From Lama glama (taxonomy: Eukaryota), in NCBI GenBank assembly GCA_028534125.1, contig CM052818.1, forward strand, positions 11,286,001 to 11,350,000: a DNA stretch of 64,000 nucleotides. The letters are read 5' to 3'. Below are positions 11,006 to 24,061 of this stretch, piece after piece (position 1 is the stretch's first letter; each line of letters starts with the position of its first letter). The position numbers and the translations under genes are program-made. The notes under the pieces are model-generated. The model was given only the letters and a program-made list of their open reading frames with translations. It ran no database searches and was not told the DNA's origin.

Positions 11006-12861
11006 TCAGCGCTATAATGAAGCAAGGTGAACCTGGGAATTTCCTTTGCTTTTAGATATACCAATTTCACTTGATTTGCCGAGCCACGGGGTAATATTTT
11101 TAAAGCAGTGCAAGGTTACAAAAATGGCATTTAGGCGATGAGGCTGTGACATGCCAAACAATAGACCGTTTAAATAGACAACACGGATATAAACAGAATA
11201 AGTGGGGTGCTCCAAATGCCATTCTTTCACCCCACTAGTGCAAAGTTTAATTAGTATGTAAATAGCACACTCATTTACAATTGACATAATGCCACCTCTT
11301 TTCATGGCAAGCTGTCAGGGCCCAGGAAACTGCAAAATTCCTGACACTAAACATTTGTTGTCAACTGATCCTTCCCAAAGTAACTTAACTAAAACAGAAA
11401 AGGCGGGAAAGATGATGATTGTTTTTTATTTTTTAAGCCGTTCTCCTTTCTTTCTTTCAGAGAAAAGGGTCCAAACTGCTTTGGGGGAGAAATCCCCCAC
11501 ATTCTATTGGGCTGAGGGTAAATTCTGTAAAAGAAAGGAAAAAACATAGGAACCACCAACCCCAGAGTGATGAAAAGCAAAACGGGTGAGGAAAAAAATA
11601 CCCTCAACTGACACAGCTATTTTCATCACATCAAATCAGCCATCTGTTCTTGACATAGTTTATTATCATTAGGAAGATTTTCTCAATTCAGACATGGTGA
11701 TGAGGAAAGACGAAGAATTAACCAGATAAATAGCCAATTTGGAAAATTCAGGCTGAGACCCTTTTCCTCAATTTCCATCCTCTCTTTTCTCCCTGCTCCA
11801 TCATCACACTCCAATTATTCCAAGAAAAGCCTCAATGACATGATTAGACATGTTTATGGTGGTGTTCTTCTCCCACTTGCATAGGAATAACAAACTAAAC
11901 ACATTAGGTATCAAATGACACAAAGGTGATCGACATTGCACCAAAAAAAATAGTAATTTTCCATTGTTAAAAACAACTGTGTAAACTTGAAATGACAGGT
12001 GGCTACAGTTAAGGACGAGGGAATTAAATACGCCGAATTATAAGTATAAAAATGCTGATGTTTTCCTCCTGAAATTTATTCATTAGAAATCCATCAATTT
12101 ACCTTGGGATAAGAGTGTTTAGAGAAGACAATTTTCTTTGAAATCATCATGAGGTAATTCCAACAGCTCTAGGGGGGATAATCTGGAAGGAATAAGTAAA
12201 TGCTGGACACTAATAATAAAAAGAAAAGGTTTAAACTGTATGTTTAATATTGACTTCACAAAGTGAAGTTGGAAATTCACAAAAGTTAAAGCTCATAAAT
12301 TTAGGGAAAAAAAGTGAAAAGAAAATGCTTGACAAATTTCAACACAACTACTTAAAAAAATTAGTCAAGCTGGTTATTTTATCTACATTATGTCAAAAAA
12401 CAAGTTTGATTCTCCTTAAATAGTTCACAAAATCATCATGTTAGATTTATATGAACCGAATCCACAGACTTTCGATTATAATTAAGATCAAATCTTTCCA
12501 ACTGAAAATTTTAAAATATTAAGGGCAGTAACTACTGGCGTTACACCGTGCAAACTCCTTATCCTAATACCCAGGTTATTTTGTGTGGATATACCCTTTC
12601 TTTGATAACATTCCTGAGGTCTTTTATTCTCATCTTTTATACCTCAATATCTGACTTGTTACTAATTGCAAAGAAAAGTTTTAACTCCTCATCCTCCATA
12701 ATCTACCAGAGTCATCACTGTTGCTAGACTTCATTGACACATTCTTTTCTTGATTTTGTCTATGTCTCACAATCTTGACTTTCCTTATAACTCTAAGAAT
12801 GCTCTTGCTTTTCTTTGTTGTTCCAGCAAAGCTAAGTATGGACACAATCATTCTACTGCAG

Positions 12862-12977
12862 CTTCATCAATTCAACAAATGTCTGTTAAGAACCAACTCT
12901 AAGCAAGGGGCTGTGCTGGGGACACAGTAGGGAGCCAAGCAGATGTGGTCCTTGCCTTCATGGAGCTTAAATTTCTG
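12862..12977 (-). mobile_element. L2 3' end
   Basis: ttcaacaaatgtctgttaag...ctgtgctggggacacag...gtggtccttgccttcatggagctta is the antisense L2 tail. Confidence 0.8.
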
Positions 12978-12980
12978 CAC

Positions 12981-13198
12981 CAGAGCTCAGCAAATAAATG
13001 CTCTCAGGCCAAATCCAGCCAGTCACCTATTTTTGTAATAGATTTTTATTGGAACACAGTCATGCCAATGTATTTGCCCATTATCTGTGCTGCTTTTAGT
13101 CTACAAGGCAGAGTTAACTGGCTGCAACAGAGACCTTTGGCCCACAAAGCTCAGGATATTTACTCTCTGGCCCTTTACAGAAAATGTTGGCTGACCTG
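12981..13198 (+). mobile_element. MER58A hAT-Charlie MITE
   Basis: ggccaaatccagcc...ttttattggaacacag...ctggccctttacagaaaa...gctgacctg, with CAG...CTG termini. Confidence 0.9.
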
Positions 13199-14611
13199 GT
13201 AGATTCTAGATCCATCTTCAACTGTTCCAGCTCTGCATACTTTCTCTCAGAGAGTGCATTTTTTGTTTCTTATGGTTTCAGTGGCTTCTACAGAAATGAC
13301 TCCACGACTCTACCCACAGTCATAACCTTTTGTTTGAACTTCAATCACAAATTTCTGTCTACTTAGCATCTCTACCCACCCACCCAAGGAATAAACCACC
13401 AATATTGCAAGACAGCTAAAGTTGATTTCCTCTTTTCCCCAGAGTCAACTGTTTACTACCATCGACCTTTCAGTCTTGAGGACTGGAAAATTTGGTGTCT
13501 CATTTTTCTTCCAATATCCAAGTAGCAAAAAATAGGAAAAAAAAAACTCGTGTATTCTTTATATTTGTCAAACTAATTTTTGTTTTTATTGCCACCACCT
13601 AGGGCTAGACCCCAAACCTCACTCTTAGAATCATGTAATCACCAAATAATCTCCCTGTAGTCAGTCTCTTACACCTCCTGTGATGTGTCTGTCAGTATCC
13701 TTATTACATCACTTTCAGTAGCACAGGCCTCCTCGGTAGCTCTCTGTTACCAAAAGCAGGGTCATCAACCTATGGTCGAGGCTGTGCCATTTGAAGATGC
13801 TGCAAAGTGACTTCAGGGGCCCACAAATCCTAACACACTAAAAATTGACTGAAGCTGAGTCTCCTAAGTAGATGCATCCCTATTTCTGTTTTTCAACTAC
13901 ACACAGATATTCTTCTGAGAGCTAAAAGACACATTTGCTTATTAAACTTACCAATTTCATCTTACATTGTTTCTCATTTTCTATTTTCCTGGGCAACTGA
14001 TCCTAGAGCTGCAAGGACTGGTTTTCTGTATTTGTAATGAAGGGGTCCTCACTGGTTTGCCTATCATAGCCTCGGAGAAGGTCTACTATCCATTCGCAGT
14101 GGATCTATGGGAGCCCGGGACGTCAGCTTTTGCAGGGGAGAGTGAAAGGGTAAAACAGTCTAAATACAACTCTCTCTTTTCCTCCCCTCTCTCCTTGGAT
14201 CAAAATTATAGATGTAGAAGACTTTGTGGGGTACAGAAGGCTTTAGGGGGAAAAAAGGGTGCTCAGGACTAATTTGAAAGGAAAGGAAGACATGTCCTGA
14301 TGTTTCTTCACGGTCGGGCTCTGGTGATCAGAGAGGGTGGACAGATCAGGACACTGGACAGAAGCGTTAATAAATGATATGCATTTGGCAGCTGTCCTCT
14401 GGGTCATGTTTCTTAGGAACCTAAACACGTTGGTGGGAGTGTGAACATGAGCAGAGACGCACGGCAGGGGCATCTGAGTCCATCTATACTCTCAGCCTCG
14501 CACTATCCATTGCTTTCAGCTGAGCCCTTGTTCCAGGTCCCAGCTTTGTCTCTCACCACCTCCTACGGACTGTCTGCTACATGGTGGTGGTTCTCCTTCC
14601 TGCCTGGCATA

Positions 14612-14785
14612 TGACGTCACCACGTCACTGGCACCCAGTGCAGTGCTATCAACCAGCAAGCAGAGAGAAGCACAAAACTGTTTGCGTTGCCAACAGCCAC
14701 TAGCTGCAGAATAATCTGAAAGCTCTACTTTTTGTTCATGTTTTGATTCGTTTGTCAGGGAAACACTCAGGCTGATTTATGGGAA
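14612..14785. promoter_or_regulatory. candidate enhancer: CRE, UPRE-type site and PBX-HOX/MEIS site
   Basis: TGACGTCA at 14612-14619, CCACGTCA at 14620-14627, TGTCA at 14753-14757, TGATTTATGG at 14773-14782. Confidence 0.4.
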
Positions 14786-14869
14786 ACCGTATCTCAGAGC
14801 CCTCTTGGGCATCACAGAACTTAGAGGGAAGTAGAATGGGAAAATGGGGCAAGATTGAGAGGAAGAAGT

Positions 14870-15045
14870 AGGTCTGTCAGCTATGAAACTCTGAGTTAGT
14901 TACTTTCTCAGAAATTCAGTCCACTCTGTGGTAACTTGGAATAACCACTGCCACCTCATTTCATGTAGTTATAGTGACTACGGGAGATGAAGGATGCAAG
15001 GGTTCACCATGCTACCTGACACAGAGCTGGCACCCAACAGGCGTT
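14870..15045 (+). mobile_element. MIR, degenerate
   Basis: agctatgaaactctgagttagttactt...acctcatttcatgtagttatagtgac...cctgacacagag. Confidence 0.55.
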
Positions 15046-15240
15046 CCAAGAAGAGAGAAGGAGAGATGTGGATTTGGCTCTAACACAGGGCCCGTTATCC
15101 ACATTCCACCTGGTTTAGTGTGGGTCTGAATTGTGTTTAGCCACGGTTATAATTCAAGGATCATATCCATGGGAACAGGTTGCTCTGACCCAGCCGAAGG
15201 GAATTCTTGGATCTGAGAGTGACTAACCAGGAGCGAATTA

Positions 15241-15480
15241 ATATTTATTGAGCTCCTGTGGCACATCAGCTAGTTTAGCAGGAATTCTTTCTGTGTTTTC
15301 CTTCATGCTCACAACTACCTTCTGATATAGACAGAGTCATTTCTCATGTGTGCCACCACGAGTAACGTAAGGCCAGAAGAGGTTCAGTAAATTCCTTGCA
15401 TCCACTCAGGCAGTAAGCAGCAGATGGAGGACTTGCAACCAGGTCTAGGTGATTCTGGAGCATTTCTACTCCTTCCAAAT
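15241..15480 (-). mobile_element. MIR, near full length
   Basis: atatttattgagc...ctcacaactacc...aaggccagaagaggttcagtaa...gcaaccaggtct...gattctggagc. Confidence 0.75.
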
Positions 15481-17280
15481 CACCAAGCTCTCTCCCCTAA
15501 AGACTCTTCATGGAGTCAGCCTCAGCCACATTCATGAAGACCACTGCCCAACTTCCTTGTGTATTGTTAACCCTTTCTACATCCAATAGATTATTTCATT
15601 TCATAAATAGGAAAGGCAGCAAATGTTTATAAAACTTAAGTCTATATGTTTGAAATAATAATTCTTGAAATGTCTGAAAAAGGCAGGACTACCCTGAGAA
15701 TAAGTGCAATGACTCCCTGTGAGACACGTTCGTCATCACCTAACTACCTAGAATTAATCCAGCTTGGCTCTGCTGGGAGCAGTGAGTGTTCATGGCTGGC
15801 TTAGTGGCTTTGGTCTGGTTCTTTGAGTCTGTCTGAAAGATAATTTTGATTTCTGGAAAGTCGAATTTCCTGTCCTTCCCAGCTGCAGTAGGAAGTTGAT
15901 AGAAACTGTTTACAGCCAGAACTTGCAGGGTGCAGCTCTCAAAAACTGGCTCATATATAAGTAAATAGTACGTAAAATAAGGATAAAATGATGACATTCT
16001 TCAAGAAACAGCTTTAGGTCCTTGAAAATGATTATTTCTGTTTGCCTGCAACTGTAAAAGTCAGTTTCACGTAATAGCTTTTCTTTTATATGGTAAATGA
16101 TAAATGACCATTTAAACATTGACTCATCCACCAACCAAGATATAAAAAAAAAAAAGCATAAAAACTTACTGTGCTAAAAGGGAACTTGAAGACTGAAGTC
16201 ACCTGATTTTTCAACCCGGTGATTACACCATGGGGACATTCATTTGTCTTTACTTCAACTCTGGAATTGCATAAGATACATTTCACCAGTTGAGAAAATC
16301 AAACCCTTTAGCTCCTACATGTTACACTTTTTCCCTAACCCTGTAAATATGTTTTTCATCCAAGTTAGTACATCCTCTTAGACTTTGAAAACTGTGATGT
16401 TGAGTCCAACTACCCATTACAGCACCCAAGAAAAGTGGGAATAGCCTTTTTTGAATCCTTACTTTGCCAAAAGAACATGCAAAAATTGTATTATCCTGTA
16501 AGGGTCATAGCCTGGGCTGGGAAATCCCAGTCCATACTGAGATCAAGTCAGAAGAACCAGAGCAAAGGAAAGAGATGTAAGTTCAGCCAGGAATATTTTT
16601 ATGCAAGCACTTTTTTTTTTCACTCTCCAAAAATAATATCACAAAAGTAAGTAGCTTCATAAAGATAAATATTCCATGTTCAGTTTCCACAAAACCTCAA
16701 TACTTGTAATATCATGTCTTACAATTAAAATGATTCAAAAAGAGAAAAAGAAAGAGAGTGAAAAGAGGAGAAGAGAATGTAAATAATTTTTTCGAGCATC
16801 AATGGAAAAGGGAATGTGACTCTGAAATTTTCAATAAGGACTTGTCTGGCAGATGACAAAATTCTCAAAATTCAACCAATTCAGTGTCTTCCTTTCTTAG
16901 GTGCAAATACTGAGGGATAGACATTTTGGCATTGGGTAATTGTTACTATCCTCTCCCACTCTCCTGCCCTACCAGCCAAAGCAGCATAACTTATTTGTTA
17001 ACTCCTTTATTTCCCCTCATTAGTTCCTCTACAGTTTTTAAATGGATTCCAAAGCATGAAGTAAGTGATATTGGGGAATTAATGCCAACTTTTACTCCTT
17101 GTTGAGTGCATTTCTTAAATAAGAATGCAAAAATATCCTTCTATCTGGGTATTAAAAGATGGCAGAGCTAACCGCCAATCTCACCCCTAGAATAAAACTA
17201 CTTATCTTCCCTCTTAGATGTATCCTTAACTTTAATTGAAAAACATTTTTTACGTCTAATTGAATATAAACAGATTGAAA

Positions 17281-17763
17281 TGCATATCAGTTTTCTATCG
17301 CTGCTATAACAAACCGCCACAAACTTAGTGGCTTAAAGCAACCTAACTTCAGTATCTGACAGTTTCGTAGAAGTCTCATGAGGCTGAAACCAAGGTGTCA
17401 GCTTCCTTCCTGGCCGTTCCAGAGAAGAATCTGTTCTCTTGCCTTTTCCAGCTTCTAGATGCTGCTCACCTTCCTTGGCTTGTGGCTCCCTCTTTCTCCA
17501 TCTTTAAAGCCAGCAAGGACTAGCTGAGACCTTCTCAGACTGTATCATTCTGACTTTCTGCCTCCCTCTTTCACTTTTAAGAACCTTATTGATTACACTG
17601 GGGCTGAGCAGACAGTCCAGGATAATTTCTCTAATTTAAAGTTGATTGCTTTGCAGCAACCTTAATTCTATCTGCAACCTAATTCTCCTTTGCAATGTAT
17701 AGTAACATATTTACAGGTTCTGGACGTGTGAGGATGTGGACATCTTTGGGCAGCCTGCTTGCA
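17281..17763 (-). mobile_element. MaLR LTR, MLT1D-like solo LTR
   Basis: gctgctataacaaaccgccacaaacttagtggcttaaagcaac...ccttttccagcttctaga...aggatgtggacatctttggg. Confidence 0.92.
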
Positions 17764-17771
17764 AAAAAAGG

Positions 17772-17775
17772 TCTG

Positions 17776-17838
<63 letters not shown>
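17772..17838. repeat. (TCTA)n tetranucleotide microsatellite
   Basis: About 16 near-perfect units read directly. Confidence 0.97.
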
Positions 17839-17839
<1 letters not shown>

Positions 17840-18179
17840 ACATATAACAGAAATGCTGAACCACAAATAGATATTTTATGTTGCATTACTTTAAAAATTG
17901 CTTCTCAATTTTAAAATAAAATGTTATAAAAATACTAGATGTTTGGAGTTACGCTTTTAGAACAAGCTTCAAGTTTAGAAAGGTTTGACATTCTTTTAGA
18001 AATATGCAGGAAAAAAAACCTTTCCATTTTTCCTTTTGTCTGTTTCTTGATGCTTTCTGCTTTTGGTATAAATTTTGCATCATCAGGGTATAATGGCTTA
18101 AACGCAGTCCCCCAAATTGAATGCCACAGTTGGTTATCTGAGGTTTATGTGTAAACATAGTCAATGGTCACCGTCAATG

Positions 18180-18780
18180 ATTTCTCTGTTCTTGAGTTAT
18201 TTAGGTCTTCTCTTTGTTGCCTGGTACTCACCTTCTCTATTTTAAGTTCTTTATTTTAAGATGGGTTCACAGATGTTGTACTTCCCTAGACCTCTGGTGC
18301 TCAAGAATATCTGATTGTGGTTTTGAAACCTGGATGATAAACATCTTGGGTCACACTTTCTTAACAGAAGGACTTTGTAGGCATTTTTCTATGGTCCTCC
18401 AGAGCTGAATGTTGCTTGGAGAAGTCAGAGGCTAGCATGATTTTTCTATACGATAGTTTACTTGCTTTTTCTGCCTCAATGACAATTTTTTTTAATTACT
18501 TAAAGTTTAATATTTTAACCAGGCTACATTTTATCATCTTTTTCCTGGAATATAATATCTTTAAATGTACTTATTCAGTTTTTCTCTTAATTTTCAGAAG
18601 AAAATTCAATGCTTGAACGCACATTATAAATTACATTAAACTACCTTTATCTTCATTCCTTTATAACACCTTATTTGTAGTTGCTTTTCTTTCTGTCTTT
18701 TCCCTCTGCACTTACTGTAAATATCTTAAAACTTCTCTATCTCAGTAGTTGTAGTACAACTGTGTTTTCAGGTCTGCAGG
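18180..18780 (-). mobile_element. ancient L1ME/HAL1-type ORF1-region fragment
   Basis: T-rich strand containing gttgcttggagaagtcagaggctagcatgatttt, typical of antisense old L1 ORF1. Confidence 0.5.
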
Positions 18781-18879
18781 ATGGGTTTCTGGAAACAGGG
18801 AGGTTACACTGGGATGACCTACCTAAGGGATTATGGCACGTACCTCTGAAGCTGAGTTCCCGTCTCAACACTGACAATG

Positions 18880-18990
18880 TAAGCTATGTTTATTTCTTTA
18901 CAGCTTATAGAGCAATTTCATGTATATCATCTCATTTAATCTTCACACAATTCTGAGATAGATAGGGAAACATTATTCACATTTTTTTGA
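18880..18990 (-). mobile_element. MIR fragment
   Basis: ttcatgtatatcatctcatttaatcttcacacaattctgagatagatag. Confidence 0.65.
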
Positions 18991-19044
18991 TCTGTGTCAG
19001 TAATCACTGAAATCGCTTGCCTATGATTAGAATATTAGATAAAG

Positions 19045-19516
19045 TTAATATTAAAACCATTCTTGTTTTGCTGACTCAATCCTTTTCTCCTTTGCCCATC
19101 TCCACTATAAAGAAAAATACTCTTTTTCCCAGCTATCCTTGCAACTAGAGGTGGCCACGTGACATATTTCTGACTGATAAGATGAAAGGAATTTTGCTGC
19201 AGGGGGGGATCTGGGGAAAGCTTTCACTTTCCCGATAAAGCAGTGGGCAGCGCTGCTATCTCAGTCTCTCCCACTCCTTCTTAGCTTGACATGAACACGT
19301 TGCCAAGAGATGGAGTGGTAATTGTGGACCCATGAGAAAAGGCCAGGAGCAGTTCAGCTGATATCAACTTCAACATGGTTGAGTCATGGAACCCATGTCA
19401 TCAGCTGCCAGCCCATCTCTAAACCCCTTATTACATGAGAAAAAGAAGCCTCTCTTTGTCCAAGCCATATTAGTAATATTTTGTATTACTTGTAGTCAAA
19501 GCATTCCTAGTACTAT
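19045..19516 (+). mobile_element. MaLR LTR, MLT1J-like
   Basis: ttcccagctatccttgcaactagaggtggccacgtgac...acatgagaaaaag...aagcca...ttacttgtagtcaaagcattccta. Confidence 0.8.
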
Positions 19517-21936
19517 TGACCGATAACGTTGTAAACATAAGGAGATGATTTAAGTCAGTATCAATATAAATTTATCTTAAATTTGAATAATAAAGAAATA
19601 GTTCAAAAGTTATAACGACCTTTTTTTTTTACCCTGATAATTAACAAGATAAAGTTACCTCCCATAATGAACGGGGACCTCTACTGGGAAGAAAAATTTT
19701 AGCATTTTAACTTATTGGGCAAGTATTGAAAATAAATCGTTGCAAGAAGCAAAGTTAATTCATGCCCGTTGAATAGAAAATAGTATTAGTTTAATTCATT
19801 GTATTTCCAAGTAAACCAGAAAAATAAGAATGACTAAAAATTCTTTGCATATGAATCTAAATATTTTTCCTGATCTGCAAGACTGTGCTAGACACTGAGT
19901 GATTATTTTCATTTACATAGTATAAGCAATTCACTTTCTCATACATCTTAAAAGTCTACCTACACAAGAGATAAGAATTATGTTGTGTTATATTAAAATT
20001 GATATAATTTCATGAATCATTTTCATTGACTGATGATTTATAAACTATTCTCCTTCTGGAAAACCTCATTATTTTTTGAAGACTCTATGAGTCTCCAAAA
20101 AAAAAAAAAATCCCAACTTAATAAGTATCCTATCACATTGTGTCAATTTACAAGTTATGGGTGATCTGGGCAAATCTTTTAATTGGTTTTGAATTGTGCA
20201 GTTTGTCTCAGAACTACATAAACATTAAATAATTCAGAGACTAAATGAAACCTTATAATGCAGCACACCAAAGTTGTTGAGGCAAGTTCTTTTTTTGTTT
20301 TTTCTGGATAATCAGATAATTATACATAACTAGTCATCATTACTTTAAACAAATTATGTTCTGTTGAAGGATGAAAAAGGTTTCTTGGCACTATTTTGAA
20401 TTTAACTAATCTTATTGACAATAGGTGCCTGTTGGCAAAACCTGTTTATTGGTGTTACGGTTTGGTTATACAGCATGTGTAGTTGCTGCTCTGTAGTCAG
20501 TCCCTGTTAATTATATAATTTTTCAAATAAATATTTGTATCTTTTATTTTGAAAAATCACAGGTTCAGTCAACTTGGCAAATGTGTGTATATTTTGAATA
20601 CGGAATGCTTTGTCTTTTATTCATTGTAGATTATCTGTAATAATACACTGCTTCCTGAGACAGCACTCGTGAAGAAAAACAGGCGAGCGGTTGTTTGCTG
20701 TGCATTTAAGTACTTAAACAGTCACTCTGCATTCAGAGATCCTTGCCTGACTAATTCACTGGAGTCAAATGGTTTAGAGTGCTGGGTCGTGCCAATCAAG
20801 ACCATTAACGTCGTTTGTGCAGTGGAAAAGCCTGTGTTCACAGGAGGAGGAATTCTTTGGCTCTGTCTACACTGATTAAGTAAAATGGAAAACTAAGGCA
20901 TCAATCCAACTAATTCTGGCAAAAAGAAAAAAAAAGTGAGGTCAATTATTGAAGTGGTTATAGATGGGAACAGAGTTCAGTAGATAAGTGCTGCACTCTG
21001 TCGTCCCGTTTTCTACAACTGGAGTGTTTCTGTGTTTCTGTAGAATGAGGGGCACACCAGGAGAACCCTCATGGAACGTCACCTAGGGGCTGGTCAGAGA
21101 TTTAAAAGGGACAGCAAATTCTTCCACCCCTCATTGCTCACCGGACTTAGCACATCTAGGCAGGATGATGATAAACTGTTTCCACATAACAGAGTATGTA
21201 CCTTAAAAGATCAGCTGAACTTTTGAAGAATGACACTCTGGGCTTATAAGCTAATTATTGTGACTTGGCATCTTAAGTTATTAGACAATGGCATTTTTTT
21301 CTTATAACAAAACTAAGAAACACACTAACCAAACCACAGGGACAACAGATTGTGCTCACTTTTTTTGAGTGTTAGGAAGCTTCTACTTTAAGGCTTAAAA
21401 TGTTGCAATAATTGTATACTTCCAAAAGTTAAAAAAAAATAGGCTACCAGGAAAAATGAGCAGGTAAATTTAACAAATTTTTTAAAAACTTCATAAGACA
21501 AGGACAGATAATGCTAATCATTCAACATCATTGGACAACTTTGGGTCAAAATTTTTCCTTTATATTAGGTTATATTTAAATTGTATAAAGTACCCTTATT
21601 GGATAACCACTTTTACCACCAGAATCAGTTAAGTCTTCCCTTTCCCTGCTAATTTTCAATTCCAACTCTCTTATAAACAAAGTTTGCTTATAAAGGTGGG
21701 CCTTATTTGTGTGGGCTTCTTATGTAGGTGAGTCTTTTTTCCCTTCTGTTCCATTAATCTATTTATTTCGGTGGCCAAATCACCTACTTTAATTTCTATA
21801 GCTTTATAATAATTTTTGATGTCTGAAGAGGAAAGTCTCCTCCTTTTGTTTTTCTTACTCAGGAGTACCTTGCATTTTAGAATTAGCTGACAGATTGAAA
21901 ATATTGTAGGAATTGTCAATAGCAAAAATTGACAAG

Positions 21937-22492
21937 AGTTCTAGGTGTCTGTTATTTTGCTATAAATCACCCTAAACTTAATGGCATAAAAGAATAATCT
22001 TTTTGGGGTTTTTTATGTATCTCAGTTCCGGGGTTCAGCTGGGATCAGCTAGGCAGTGTTTTCCTTTCTTGGGACCTTTCATGTGGTTTCTGCCTGATGA
22101 TGGGGGAGGCTGGACACATCTTAAGGACAGCCATTCACATGTCTGGATGTTGAAGCTGAATGTCAATCAGCTGGGACCTCAGCTAGGGATGCTGCCTGGA
22201 ACTGCACCACATCTCTTCCCCGTGTTGTTTCTCTAAGTCCCCATGCCATGACGACTAGATTTCTAGAGCAAGCAAGAGTCACAAGAGAACCAGGCAGAAG
22301 CTGCATCAACGTTTATGACTTAGCCTCAATATCACGCATCATTTCAGCCACAGCTTATCAAATTCAAGAGAGACGAACGTAGACCCCCACTCCCATGTCT
22401 CTATGGTAGAAATGTCAACAACGCACTGTAAGGAGGATAAATGGGAAAAGAAATTTTGCTGCAGCCACACTGAAAAAAAGTGACCTGACACA
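21937..22492 (-). mobile_element. MaLR LTR, MLT1H-like, inserted in L1 ORF2
   Basis: aaatcaccctaaacttaatggcataaaa...cagctgggacctcagctaggg...ttatgacttagcctc...ctgacaca. L1 ORF2 resumes immediately afterwards. Confidence 0.85.
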
Positions 22493-22889
22493 ACTCTGTA
22501 GATCAATTTAGGAAAAATTAACATCTTTACACTATTGAATCTTCCTGCCCATTAACATGGTAAAACTCTGGTTACTTAGGTCTTTCTTATCATATTTCAA
22601 TACAAACAGCATATGTATATTTTGTTACAATTACTAATAGGCACCTTACTTACTTTTCATGTTATTGTAAAAGTTATCTTTTAGAAAATTTGTTTTCTAA
22701 CATTTGTTATTGGTGTGTAGTAATGTTACTCATTTTTATACGTTGATTTTATATTTTTAAAAACTGGTCTACTATCTAATATTATCTATAATAAATTATA
22801 TCTATTGTATTGAGTCTTCTACATTGTCAATCTTGTCATCCCCAACTAATGATGATAGGATTTTTTTCCAATTCATTTTACTTCACACA

Positions 22890-23158
22890 CACACTTATAC
22901 ATTACTTACCATGTCCCAAGCACTATTTTAAGCACTCTTAAATAATAACTAATTTAACTTTCATAACCTCCACTGAGGTAGGTATTATTATCTCCATTGC
23001 ATAGATCAGAAACGGAAACACACAGAGGATAAAATACTTAGCTAATATATGCAGTTATTAAGCTTATTCATTACTTAGCTCATAATCAATACAGAAATCA
23101 TTTAAACCTAGGCAGTCTGGTCCAAAGTCTGTACTCAAACATTGCAGCGTGTGGCCTC
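22890..23158 (-). mobile_element. MIR inserted in L1ME
   Basis: cttaccatgtcccaagcact...tgaggtaggtattattatctccatt...aaacctaggcagtctggtccaaagtc. Confidence 0.85.
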
Positions 23159-23561
23159 TCTTACACATTTTCTTCCTTTACTGCACTAGCTAAGGCCTAT
23201 ACTATGTCAAACAGAACTGGAGATAGCAGGCACCTTTTTGTTTTTTATGATCTTAAAGCCAATGTTTTCACTATTCCACGGCTGAGTACTATTTCATAGA
23301 TTACTGTTCATCAGATTAATGTATTTCCTTTCTATTTCTACTTTGCTAAGTTCTTTTCCTTCCTTTTCTTCTCTTTTCCTTTATCTTTTAAAAAAATTTA
23401 AACTATGTATGTTTAATTTACTGAAGGATTTTACTACATCTCTTAGGATAATCATGCTGTTTTTGTCCAGTCATCTCTTAGGCTGGTAAGTTACATTCTG
23501 CTATTTTTCTAATATTTAATCAATCTTCCCTCTGGAGAGAATTTCATTGTATTACACATTG

Positions 23562-24061
23562 NNNNNNNNNNNNNNNNNNNNNNNNNNNNNNNNNNNNNNN
23601 NNNNNNNNNNNNNNNNNNNNNNNNNNNNNNNNNNNNNNNNNNNNNNNNNNNNNNNNNNNNNNNNNNNNNNNNNNNNNNNNNNNNNNNNNNNNNNNNNNNN
23701 NNNNNNNNNNNNNNNNNNNNNNNNNNNNNNNNNNNNNNNNNNNNNNNNNNNNNNNNNNNNNNNNNNNNNNNNNNNNNNNNNNNNNNNNNNNNNNNNNNNN
23801 NNNNNNNNNNNNNNNNNNNNNNNNNNNNNNNNNNNNNNNNNNNNNNNNNNNNNNNNNNNNNNNNNNNNNNNNNNNNNNNNNNNNNNNNNNNNNNNNNNNN
23901 NNNNNNNNNNNNNNNNNNNNNNNNNNNNNNNNNNNNNNNNNNNNNNNNNNNNNNNNNNNNNNNNNNNNNNNNNNNNNNNNNNNNNNNNNNNNNNNNNNNN
24001 NNNNNNNNNNNNNNNNNNNNNNNNNNNNNNNNNNNNNNNNNNNNNNNNNNNNNNNNNNNNN
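23562..24061. other. assembly gap of 500 N
   Basis: Exactly 500 Ns, so probably a placeholder rather than a measured size. Confidence 0.98.

Larger units (their letters stand above)
12620..13750 (+). mobile_element. degenerate L2 internal region, interrupted at 12862-13198
   Basis: atggtttcagtggcttctacagaaatgactcc...ctacttagcatctctacc resembles L2 ORF2 3' sequence. Confidence 0.5.

Noticed and set aside
14870..15480. Inverted MIR pair as a dsRNA hairpin (also 46175-46620)
   Set aside because: The copies are too diverged to pair extensively.
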